Source of the DNA: Thermoplasmatota archaeon
GTDB lineage: Archaea > Thermoplasmatota > E2 > DHVEG-1
Direction of reading: 5' to 3'
DNA: 64,000 nucleotides
Assembly: GCA_030619765.1 (NCBI GenBank)
Contig: JAUXAU010000006.1
Span: 766-64,765 of the forward strand
The translations under genes were made by a program, and so were the position numbers. Shown here in pieces: positions 10,543 to 18,999 of the stretch (the first letter of the stretch is position 1; every line of letters begins with the position of its first letter). Below the pieces are notes generated by a model that ran no database searches, was not told the DNA's origin, and worked only from the letters and a program-made list of their open reading frames with translations.

Positions 10543-10832
10543 TGTATGATCTTAACATCAAGCCAACCGCAGATAAGATCTTTAAAAAATTGGCAAAAAA
10601 GAATCGTAAACACTTAAAAATAATCCATAAAAAAATCCAAGAAATTAGAAAAAAACCAGAACATGAATACAAACATTTACGTAAACCTCTTCAAAACTTC
10701 AACGGAATCCACATTAATGCTCATTTTGTTCTCATTTTCACTATCGATCATATCGACAAGGTGGTTGAGATTTACTATTTCGGCCATCACGATGATGTTT
10801 ATAGGTGGAAATCATCTAAAAAAGACGATTAA
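10542..10832 (+). CDS. RelE/ParE superfamily toxin
   Basis: Basic 96 aa; LRKPL..HI..FVLIF..FGHHDDVY. Confidence 0.85.
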   Translation: MYDLNIKPTADKIFKKLAKKNRKHLKIIHKKIQEIRKKPEHEYKHLRKPLQNFNGIHINAHFVLIFTIDHIDKVVEIYYFGHHDDVYRWKSSKKDD

Positions 10833-10907
10833 TCAAAGAATGCTTTTAGACAAGTAAAAGTTCAGAATACTGGACAAGGCTTTGAATGGAGGCTTTCAAA
10901 AGGATAT

Positions 10908-12044
10908 CTACAGGACGAAATGAAATGTTGGGTCTCCAATAATTATTGTGTTACCTAATGACGTGTCTTTGATCATGGATTCGGCGAGGGTTTTTCCTTC
11001 TAGTAAATCTGGTAAGGCATTCTCAATAAAACTAACTGTATAGGAGAATCCATTTTGGGATAGGAGACCTAGAGACATAACCTTCACATGTTTACTTGTA
11101 AAGATTTTAGATCCATACCATATACCATTTACACTTGAGTCAAGAGCATTGTTGTCAGGTTGGTCTGACCACCAGCCATTCACATAGCATCCATCTGCTC
11201 CAAAGAATGGTGTATCTAATTGATCTATGTTATCTGCAGAAAACCATCCATTGATATCCGTTCCAGAGGGGTTAGAATGACCATGAACAAGGTATATTGA
11301 GTAGGCCTTGTCCAATGACATTTTTACTTCTAAATCTGAAGGATCCTCAACGTAGTTGAAATCTTCATAATCACTTAAACTTAGGTAAATACTCTTTGAA
11401 TTTTTATTGATATCAGAGCTTTCAAAAGCTAGCATATCTTTGAGATAATAACTGTTTCTTTGGGTGCAGAATTTGTTGAAAGCATAAATTATTTGTGATT
11501 TCTTTGTTTGAAAATCAAGTGTGTGAGTTGGATACAGCAGCGATACGCATATATCTGTTGTATATGGCTTGGAAACAACCCCTCGTTCTGATATTTCGTA
11601 GGCTGCTTCTCCACCAATTGTAGACCATGGTACTGTACTTGGTTTTTCCATGTAATCATAATCCCCAGCTAGTGCAGTATCAATATCTTCTCCGACCATT
11701 ATACAGGCTTTAATGTGATATAACAAGTAATACTGTTCAATTGTTTGATCTATCTTTTCATAATCATTATTTTTTTGTTGTATGAATATAATCTTCGAAT
11801 TCCAGCCAAGATCTTCTTTTACGGTGTTAATATATGAATCGATTGAGGTGATTATTTCTGTATCATAGCTGTATTGAGGTGAAACAAAAATCAACATATC
11901 TATTCTTTCTTGAATGTTTGTAGATAGAAACATTGCATAGTTTTGAGGGAGCAATACCTGTGTTTGGGCTGATATGATGGGCACTCCTATGGATAAGATA
12001 ATAAGTCCAAGCACGGTAGTGGTTATGTATATTCTTTTTTCCAT
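10908..12044 (-). CDS. Divergent compact C25/caspase-like cysteine peptidase
   Basis: Signal peptide; IMVGED, VHGHS, ADGCY and IIGDP motifs in the same order as in the gingipain at 4263. Confidence 0.65.
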   Translation of the reverse strand: MEKRIYITTTVLGLIILSIGVPIISAQTQVLLPQNYAMFLSTNIQERIDMLIFVSPQYSYDTEIITSIDSYINTVKEDLGWNSKIIFIQQKNNDYEKIDQTIEQYYLLYHIKACIMVGEDIDTALAGDYDYMEKPSTVPWSTIGGEAAYEISERGVVSKPYTTDICVSLLYPTHTLDFQTKKSQIIYAFNKFCTQRNSYYLKDMLAFESSDINKNSKSIYLSLSDYEDFNYVEDPSDLEVKMSLDKAYSIYLVHGHSNPSGTDINGWFSADNIDQLDTPFFGADGCYVNGWWSDQPDNNALDSSVNGIWYGSKIFTSKHVKVMSLGLLSQNGFSYTVSFIENALPDLLEGKTLAESMIKDTSLGNTIIIGDPTFHFVL

Positions 12045-12399
12045 CTCTTTTCACACCCAATTAGATGTTATACTCTTCTATAGATTATATTTAAACCTAT
12101 GTGATATACTCTGTCAGTTATCATATATAAATATATGGTGTAAAAATGTCAAAATGAAAGATATAAACTTTTAATTTCTAATAAAAAAAAATGAGAAAGA
12201 AAGTTTTATTTTTTGTTTTCTTATATTGTTGCTACAAAGTGTTTTAAAAGTCTACATGCCTGTAAAAAAATGGATAGTAGATCGGATTGGTTTTCCCGAT
12301 TCAACCCATATTTTTTGGTTAGGTGTATATGATCTTATTTTCTCAGAAGAAGTAATTTCGGGAATATGCAATGTATTTTGGCATTATATATGCTTAAGA

Positions 12400-12831
12400 T
12401 CACCTAGGATGCAATTCCTTTTCTACAGTCGTAAGTAAGATACCTATTATCTTTTCTATGGTGGAACTGTTCCTTTCTAAATAATCATCTGCAACGTCTC
12501 GTCCTCTGTATTGTATATCGCTTCTCAATCTCCGCATATTATCCAAGAAATGTATCTGAAAGTCGTCCAGTGCCGTCGGATAAAATTCCTCCATAAAGGA
12601 TATAAGACATTCGTGACTGTAACTTTTGTAACCATGTATTGCTAAAAGGGCACATAGGAGTTCTTTAATGGCTTCATAGTAAGATTCTAGAAGCAACTGA
12701 GGGAATTCATCCTTTCTCCTTTTTTCTATAGATTCTAATCTTCTTGTAGCAAGTTGAAGAAGAGATTTTGCCTGTTCTGAGTTTTCTTTTACTTTTTTTA
12801 CTTTATACTCTAAACAGTCTTCCCATTTCAA
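12400..12831 (-). CDS. HEPN domain toxin
   Basis: YYEAIKELL..SHEC..RRLRSDIQY; TTG start immediately after the MNT stop. Confidence 0.85.
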   Translation of the reverse strand: MKWEDCLEYKVKKVKENSEQAKSLLQLATRRLESIEKRRKDEFPQLLLESYYEAIKELLCALLAIHGYKSYSHECLISFMEEFYPTALDDFQIHFLDNMRRLRSDIQYRGRDVADDYLERNSSTIEKIIGILLTTVEKELHPR

Positions 12832-13353
12832 CTAGACCACCTTCAAAAACCCACTGAGAACAATTCCGTTAGCAAGCGTATTTTTTAGTTTATCATCTAT
12901 CTTTTCTATATCTGGTTCAAACAATAAAGTAATCTTCCTTTTTAACTTATGCTCATACTTACTTAATTCAATGTCTCCCGCATTGCTCTGAACGAAAATA
13001 TCTACATCACCTCTTTCATCATCTCTTCCATCTACTGCGCTACCATATAAAACGATACTATTTGGGGTAAATCTTTCTTCTATTTTCTTTACTAGGCCGC
13101 AATCCCTTAATCTTACTAATAAGTCATTTCTCTTAAATATTCGGTAATTCTCATTCATTGAGGATCTATGCCCTTTATAGACTCCACCTTTTACTTCATG
13201 CAGGAAACCATGCGCTAACAAGACTTCTACATGTTGCTTTACAGAAGGCAAAGAGATGCCTGTAATTCTTACCAGCTCTCTTAGTTGAAACTTCTTATTT
13301 GGTTCATCAAAAAATACTCTCAGAATCTTATACCTATTGAACTGCTGATACAT
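12832..13353 (-). CDS. wHTH-MNT nucleotidyltransferase antitoxin
   Basis: N-terminal HTH (LRELVRITGISLPSV); GSAVDGRDDERGDVD; start taken at MYQQF behind a GGTGA RBS. Confidence 0.88.
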   Translation of the reverse strand: MYQQFNRYKILRVFFDEPNKKFQLRELVRITGISLPSVKQHVEVLLAHGFLHEVKGGVYKGHRSSMNENYRIFKRNDLLVRLRDCGLVKKIEERFTPNSIVLYGSAVDGRDDERGDVDIFVQSNAGDIELSKYEHKLKRKITLLFEPDIEKIDDKLKNTLANGIVLSGFLKVV

Positions 13354-13358
13354 ATAAC

Positions 13359-13390
13359 TATCACCTGATAACATATTATATCATCTGATA
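13359..13390. promoter_or_regulatory. Tandem palindromic operator candidates
   Basis: tatcacctgata (13359-13370) and tatcatctgata (13379-13390), 20 bp apart, over the RBS and upstream region of the HTH-MNT gene. Confidence 0.55.
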
Positions 13391-13517
13391 TAAATAACTA
13401 TCTGTAATCATTGCTAGGTGTTGCTCTTAGATGTATAAAATTTTTTGATAGTACTTTTTAGAACACACGTTCTTATTATAGTACAAAATAACTCAGGTGA
13501 TATTCCCAAGCAGAATT

Positions 13518-13592
13518 TTAAAAATAAACGAAGAGGAGATTTGCTGCATTAAATTCTTCTTCCGCCTGATCAAGATACTCTTTATATGGCAT
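13518..13592 (-). pseudogene. Truncated HEPN toxin remnant
   Basis: MPYKEYLDQAEEEFNAANLLFVYF* overlaps the MNT stop and resembles the first helix of HEPN proteins. Confidence 0.65.
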
Positions 13593-13914
13593 GAATGGCT
13601 TCTCCTCTCACATTATGCAAAAAAATGGTATCTCGTTTAAGATCTTTTGATTTCATAGTTTGAACCGAGATATATTCCCCTGTTTCCATTAATATATCAA
13701 ATGCCATTGCCGCAAGTTTCATCTGATTTTTAAACACATTTTTCTTTACTATCACAATAATATCAATATCCGAATCGGTTTTTGCTTCTCCACGAGAAAC
13801 ACTCCCATAAATCAAAATATCGACTAAATTATCTTTTAGTAAATTTTTTGCTTTTTTAGTAAAATCTTCTATTGCTTTACCATGAAATTTGTTTATGGAA
13901 TTATTTTTTTTCAT
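13582..13914 (-). CDS. Minimal nucleotidyltransferase (MNT) antitoxin
   Basis: IYGSVSRGEAKTDSDIDI; 110 aa. Confidence 0.9.
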   Translation of the reverse strand: MKKNNSINKFHGKAIEDFTKKAKNLLKDNLVDILIYGSVSRGEAKTDSDIDIIVIVKKNVFKNQMKLAAMAFDILMETGEYISVQTMKSKDLKRDTIFLHNVRGEAIHAI

Positions 13915-14147
13915 ATTCTACCTGACAGCAAATAAATAAATTAGATGTACTTAATCATTATCCTGGTTATAATCTTAATCTTATGAAAATCAAAATAAAA
14001 AATATTGCTCTCATATAATAGTCAAATCAAAAAAGATGACAGAATTTGCTATCTCTTTTATCTCCCTGCCAATTGAGCGATTTCATCTGTATTGTAACCT
14101 TATTCATAACCGAAATTTTTAAATATAATCATGCATATACATATATC

Positions 14148-14161
14148 TATGCAATTGCATA
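14148..14161. promoter_or_regulatory. Perfect 14-bp palindrome, operator candidate
   Basis: tatgcaattgcata between an upstream TATA-like tract and the GGTGA RBS of the RHH-RHH-RelE operon. Confidence 0.55.
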
Positions 14162-14172
14162 AGGTGATATAA

Positions 14173-14319
14173 ATGGTAAGAATGACTTTTTCAATATCAG
14201 ATGATTTAAAGAGGAAACTTGATTCTAGACCTGATGTAAACTGGCCTGAAGTATTTAAGGAAGGCCTGAGGAAGAAACTAGAAGTGTTAGAAAAATTACG
14301 TGCAAGAGGTGTACTATAA
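14173..14319 (+). CDS. Small RHH-type DNA-binding protein (48 aa, absent from the ORF track)
   Basis: MVRMTFSISDDLKRKLDSRPDVNWPEVFKEGLRKKLEVLEKLRARGVL*; GGTGA RBS; TAATG overlap with the next gene. Confidence 0.8.
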   Translation: MVRMTFSISDDLKRKLDSRPDVNWPEVFKEGLRKKLEVLEKLRARGVL

Positions 14320-14621
14320 TGGCATGCATCACTGTTTCGGTAGAGAAGCCATTTAAGGAAAGACTGAGAAGATTTCCTTGGGTGAACTGGTCAAAAATAG
14401 GTAGAGAAGAACTGTTGAAAAGATGTATATTTGATAAATATATGAAGACAGGAAGAATAACAAAAGAGGAAGAGGAATTCTGTGAAAAAATTGATTGGCA
14501 TCCTGTAGATGAGTTCCCATTAAAAGAAGAATTCATTAAGAAACTCAAAAAAGTAGAAAAAGGCTCACATTCCAAGCCAATGAAACCCGAAGAGTTGAAG
14601 AAGTGGTTTAAGGAATTATGA
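14319..14621 (+). CDS. RHH-type antitoxin
   Basis: ITVSV..FKERL..FPWVNWS N-terminus; C-terminal PLKEEFIKKLKK; ATGA overlap with RelE. Confidence 0.75.
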   Translation: MACITVSVEKPFKERLRRFPWVNWSKIGREELLKRCIFDKYMKTGRITKEEEEFCEKIDWHPVDEFPLKEEFIKKLKKVEKGSHSKPMKPEELKKWFKEL

Positions 14622-14896
14622 GCTTCAAAATCATAATCTCGAATGAGCTCAAAAAGAGTTTGGCTATCCTCAAACGAAAAGACAAAACCGCCTATATTGC
14701 TGTGGAGAATAAGATTTTTCAAATTGCCTCCTGTGACCAAGCTTCTATTGAACGTTTCAAAAATCTCAGAGGGAATTTGAGTCATCTCAAACGGGTTCAT
14801 ATTGGCAGCTTCGTACTTATTTTTAGGATCAAAGACGACGCTGTCGTCTTTGAAGAGTTTGGCCATCATGACAGGATTTACAAGAAGAGGCCCTAA
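14618..14896 (+). CDS. RelE/ParE superfamily toxin
   Basis: FKNLRGNL..LKRVHIGSFVLIF..FGHHDRIY. Confidence 0.88.
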   Translation: MSFKIIISNELKKSLAILKRKDKTAYIAVENKIFQIASCDQASIERFKNLRGNLSHLKRVHIGSFVLIFRIKDDAVVFEEFGHHDRIYKKRP

Positions 14897-15141
14897 GATA
14901 TCAATCTCATTTCCATCTTCATCATAAATAGTCCTTCGTCTCCTTGTTTATAATGACATGAAAATCCCTTCTTTTGAAGCCCTTTGCCGAGTTTACAGTA
15001 CAATATCTCAAAATAAATCCACATGCTGAGCATTTCCCATATCCATGACTTTTATGTTTTTCTCATTTCCTTGACACAAATGACCCCTGCGCCTCCGAAT
15101 CCAACACCTGCGCTTCTCAAATGCTATATGCATCTATTTTT

Positions 15142-15353
15142 TTACTTGTTTGTTGCCACTGTGTTTTTATGTGAACGCTTGGTCGTAGGATATCTCACCT
15201 TTGCCTTTTTTGGCTCAAACTCATAATAGTTCTTATCATCAAACCATGCACACCGGAGTTTATCAAGAGGAATGGAGATTCTGAAAGAAAGCCCAGAAGC
15301 ATAAAGGTAGAGCTGAGAGGTAACTGTCTTTTAAAACATTCACTTGTTCTCAT
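15142..15353 (-). pseudogene. Chimeric remnant: HEPN-like start joined to a PD-(D/E)XK nuclease-like C-terminal fragment
   Basis: ATG overlapping the MNT stop gives MRTSECFKRQL; another frame reads TVTSQLYLYASGLSFRISIPLDKLRCAWFDDKNYYEFEP. Confidence 0.45.
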
Positions 15354-15919
15354 TCTATCACTGGCTTTGTCCCATATAAAACAATTCCATCAAGAATTAC
15401 ATCAAGATAAAATGCTCTATTTTTTTTTGCTTGATTTGACCATTGTGCAGGGCTGAAATTTACAAGGTTAACATCACATCCTAGACGTTTAGCGAGTTCT
15501 GCAGTAGGTTTATTTTTTGCTAACGAAATAGTGAGTATATCTACGTCACTTTCTTCGTCATTTTCGCCTTTTGCAAAACTTCCAAAAAGGATAATCGAAG
15601 TCACTGTATTCATTCGATGTAGAAGGAAATCAGTTACTTTTTTTTCTTGTATACAAGAGAGATTGTATGATATCTTTAGGTGACGAAAAGCTGGGTTTTC
15701 AATGTTAGCTTCGTATAAGATTCTGTTTTTTTCTTCGAATTTAGTTAATAACTCATCGTTAACTAGAAGAGCAAGGGCTCTTTTTACAGTCATCGGATCC
15801 ATTTTTAAGATTCTAGCGGATTCTCGTAGATAATAACTTGAATGAGGGTTTTTAAGAAATAATGTAAGAACATCCAGTTGTTTGATTTTTTGATACAACT
15901 GTATCATATTTTCATACAT
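15350..15919 (-). CDS. wHTH-MNT nucleotidyltransferase antitoxin
   Basis: YLRESARILKMDPMTV HTH; LFGSFAKGENDEESDVD. Confidence 0.9.
   Translation of the reverse strand: MYENMIQLYQKIKQLDVLTLFLKNPHSSYYLRESARILKMDPMTVKRALALLVNDELLTKFEEKNRILYEANIENPAFRHLKISYNLSCIQEKKVTDFLLHRMNTVTSIILFGSFAKGENDEESDVDILTISLAKNKPTAELAKRLGCDVNLVNFSPAQWSNQAKKNRAFYLDVILDGIVLYGTKPVIE
15891..15906. promoter_or_regulatory. 7-2-7 palindrome over the first codons of the HTH-MNT gene
   Basis: tgataca-ac-tgtatca. Confidence 0.45.
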
Positions 15920-16005
15920 ATATTTTTAGTTTATATATCTTTCCTTGGTTATAAGATATAACAAAAAGAGTTGAAAAAATAAAAAAAGAGGTGTTTTATG
16001 GTTTT

Positions 16006-17862
16006 TTACTTCCTCTTTTTGCCTTTTTTATCGTACATCAGGGCTATCATTAGAGCTATGAGTGCTAGTATACCTAAGAGAACAATTGCTATGTTATCCG
16101 CTAAGATATTTTCTTCAATATGAACTGTCATTTCAGATGAGGATGACGATTGGTTATCAGATGCTGTTACTGTTATGTTGTATTCTCCTGATTCAGCCCA
16201 GCTGTGAAGCATGGAAAAAAAGTGTCCACTTGGTAAAAATCCACTTTCGTCGGTGGAACCATCGCCCCAGTCAATAATATAGTTTATTTCGTCATTATCT
16301 AAATCTGTAGATCCAGTCACATAGGAGTATTTAGTGTCTTTGTTACCAGTTGTAGGGCCAAGTATCTTTGGAATTGATGGAGGTCTATTTGGTACACTTA
16401 TAAAAACTACAGTTTTGTCAATATCTGAAGATCCGTCATTATCTATTACTGTTAATGTAACCAGATATGATCCACCTTTTGTGTATGTATGAGTCATCAC
16501 TTCACTAAATCCAGTGCTTCCATCTCCAAAAGACCAGCCATATTGTGTTATTACCCCATTTAGATCATAACTTTCTGAGCCGTCAAATTCAATTTCTTCT
16601 TCAATTACTCCATAATATGGGCCACTTGCATTTGCAACTGGGGGAGAATTTCCGGACATAATGTTGCTTGAGCTATGGGTTGTAACCTTGGGTTCTTCGG
16701 GTTCTTCAGGTTCCTCTGGTTCCTCAGGTTCCTCAGGTTCCTCAGGCTCTTCAGGTTCTTCGGGTTCTTCTGGCTCATAAATCACTTCGACTGACCAGTC
16801 ATCAATGTTGTTGCTAAGGTTTCGATCTCCACCAAGCCACCATTGATCAAGGGAGCGATCTGCACCTTCAGCATCGGTAACATTCACTATATTAGTAATA
16901 AAGCTACCCGGTTCCTCAACGACTGTGTAGTTGCACTCATAGGTCCAGATTTCATCTGGATCGATAAGGCCGTTGTCATCAGTATCTCCACCAGTAAAGA
17001 TAGGCGTTCCGCATACATTATCTTCAACTACTGGTGTGACGCTAGCAGGTCCATCGTTGGTTACCTGGTAGTAGTAAGTGATATTGTCGCCTGGAAGGCA
17101 ATACTCTGGCCCGCTTTTTTCGATGGCAAGATCGAAGGTAATTATGTTGAAATGGGTAAAATCAGGGTAGTTTTCTCCAGTTGTAAAAGAGATACAACCA
17201 TAGGCAGATTCGTATCCATCAGGTAGGTCGATTTCACAGAACTGATAGGTGCCCTCGCTTAGCCAGATGCGCTTTATAGAAGATTCACTGATTGTAAAGA
17301 TATCAAGGACTTCTCCGCCCTTTGACATGTTAATTGTGAACTGGGTGTCTGGATCGTTATAATCAATACTCTCCTCTTCCCAGTAAAGAAGTACCTTTTT
17401 ACTTAAAATGAATGGATACAAAGTGTATTCGTCTGAGGCGTTCACCATCTTTTTCTTCCATACACCAGAAGCTATGGCGGTGTTTACCAGAGGTTCTGGG
17501 AAAGTATCCCTAGGTGTGTAGGTACAGGTAAACGTCCATATCTCATTGGTATCAAGTTTGCCGTTGTCGTTCTTATCACCGGAAACATAGCTTACTGGAC
17601 CGCACTGATCATCACTGACATTAACGTTGTAAAGGGGTACATCTCCTGTGTTGCTGACGTTATAGTAATACGAGATTTCATCTCCTACATAGCCAAAGAT
17701 TGGGCCTGTTTTTATAATCCTTATACCAGGAGTATGACATGAACTTGCAATAGGAACAAATGCTCCAGCTATGAGAATCATTGCTATTGCGTAAATAGCT
17801 GTTTTTTTAACTAAACTGTTTTTGTTTTTTCCAAATACATCTTTTTTCAACATAACATCCAC
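16006..17862 (-). CDS. Membrane-anchored surface protein: two DUF11/DUF7507-like Ig domains, acidic EEP linker, two PKD domains, C-terminal TM
   Basis: Repeated K.GP....GD.I.Y.Y.V.N.G and GD.D.NG..D..EIWT; WSFGDG and DWGDG; TM followed by KKGKKRK. Confidence 0.88.
   Translation of the reverse strand: MDVMLKKDVFGKNKNSLVKKTAIYAIAMILIAGAFVPIASSCHTPGIRIIKTGPIFGYVGDEISYYYNVSNTGDVPLYNVNVSDDQCGPVSYVSGDKNDNGKLDTNEIWTFTCTYTPRDTFPEPLVNTAIASGVWKKKMVNASDEYTLYPFILSKKVLLYWEEESIDYNDPDTQFTINMSKGGEVLDIFTISESSIKRIWLSEGTYQFCEIDLPDGYESAYGCISFTTGENYPDFTHFNIITFDLAIEKSGPEYCLPGDNITYYYQVTNDGPASVTPVVEDNVCGTPIFTGGDTDDNGLIDPDEIWTYECNYTVVEEPGSFITNIVNVTDAEGADRSLDQWWLGGDRNLSNNIDDWSVEVIYEPEEPEEPEEPEEPEEPEEPEEPEEPEEPKVTTHSSSNIMSGNSPPVANASGPYYGVIEEEIEFDGSESYDLNGVITQYGWSFGDGSTGFSEVMTHTYTKGGSYLVTLTVIDNDGSSDIDKTVVFISVPNRPPSIPKILGPTTGNKDTKYSYVTGSTDLDNDEINYIIDWGDGSTDESGFLPSGHFFSMLHSWAESGEYNITVTASDNQSSSSSEMTVHIEENILADNIAIVLLGILALIALMIALMYDKKGKKRK
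16690..16776 (-). repeat. 9-bp coding tandem repeat encoding EP(EEP)9
   Basis: GAR GAR CCN units with synonymous variation. Confidence 0.9.
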
Positions 17863-18173
17863 ACCATTTTATTTTTATTACTCCTTATTTTGCTAGTTCG
17901 CTTATTAAGGACTTGTTGTACAATTGTTATCAGGTATCTTTGCCAGTTCTTACCCAAAAAAAAAATTAAAATTATCACAGTTTTTTTACTCTGCAAGTTT
18001 ACATTTTATTATAACACTCAATTTGAATATATGTTTTTCAAATCCTAACTCAATGCTTAGGTGAAAACATGGATTTATAAGGATATGTTTTTAAAGAAAC
18101 AGAGATTATGAAATTTTGTAATTAAAAGGAGCAAGTATTGCTCAGTTTGTAAAAGAAGATAGCGGGGGAAATA

Positions 18174-18458
18174 ATGATATGGCAAGATTTTATACATCAA
18201 TTCTTAGAAAGATTTATTGGAAAACCAGAAGATTTGTATCCAACTTGGTCTTTGGAGGAAATAATAAGGTGCGAAAGTACGCACTTCTTATTTTCTTGTT
18301 TTATGGGTTGGCTGGTACTCTCATTGACCTGGACCATTTTATCATCGCGCAAACGGAAATGGCCAGACCGCTACATCTTCCATACTTCTTTATTGTTTGG
18401 ATTATCTGCATCTGTTACTATGCATATATTCATAGACGGGTTCACAAATATCGCTTAA
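18174..18458 (+). CDS. Small membrane protein (frame A of an overlapping pair)
   Basis: ATG after a GGGGG RBS-like run; two hydrophobic segments; TH and MHIFIDGFT motifs. Confidence 0.4.
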   Translation: MIWQDFIHQFLERFIGKPEDLYPTWSLEEIIRCESTHFLFSCFMGWLVLSLTWTILSSRKRKWPDRYIFHTSLLFGLSASVTMHIFIDGFTNIA

Positions 18459-18478
18459 ATCAAGAGAATATGAACTAA
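18179..18478 (+). CDS. Small membrane protein with IDLDH/RPLH motifs (frame B of an overlapping pair)
   Basis: Two hydrophobic segments; GTLIDLDH and RPLH resemble motifs of membrane metal-dependent hydrolases. Confidence 0.55.
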   Translation: MARFYTSILRKIYWKTRRFVSNLVFGGNNKVRKYALLIFLFYGLAGTLIDLDHFIIAQTEMARPLHLPYFFIVWIICICYYAYIHRRVHKYRLNQENMN

Positions 18479-18543
18479 AAATTGTCGATAAATATAAAAC
18501 CAGAAATTTAAATAATAATTATCCTATTCGTAAGTGGATTAAA

Positions 18544-18999
18544 ATGAAATATAAACTACTTATTGTGCCTGGATATCTTGTTGGTATAGGTAGTTTATTT
18601 ATAATTACGTATAGAACGATTCTTGCGTTTTTTAGTGAGAGTAAATCTGTAACCATTCATGTCAATAGATATGGGGAACAATATGCTGATTTAGCTTTTC
18701 TTATCGTTATCTGGATGATATGTTTGGTTGGTTTAATTTATCTGTATTTAGTAATGAAGGAAGATAAAGTTGAAAAGGTATCTAAGAGTGATATTAGAGG
18801 GAAAAAAGTCTTGAGTAAGGATGGTTTGTATCTAGGGATTTTAAGGGATTCTTTGGTAGATAAGAAAACGGGAATGATAAATAGTATTCTTGTAGAACCA
18901 TCTGAAGAAATAGATCCAACATTGTATCACGTAGATGATGGAGGGCATATCGTTGTTTCTTTTGATTCTGTAGAAGTTGTAAATGATGACTTAAATTAA
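18544..18999 (+). CDS. Membrane protein with C-terminal PRC-barrel
   Basis: Two TMs, then SDIRGKKVLSKDGLYLGILRDSLVDKKTG. Confidence 0.8.
   Translation: MKYKLLIVPGYLVGIGSLFIITYRTILAFFSESKSVTIHVNRYGEQYADLAFLIVIWMICLVGLIYLYLVMKEDKVEKVSKSDIRGKKVLSKDGLYLGILRDSLVDKKTGMINSILVEPSEEIDPTLYHVDDGGHIVVSFDSVEVVNDDLN

Noticed and set aside
14255..14869. 204-aa minus-strand ORF
   Set aside because: Antisense shadow of the well-supported RHH-RelE operon; no motifs
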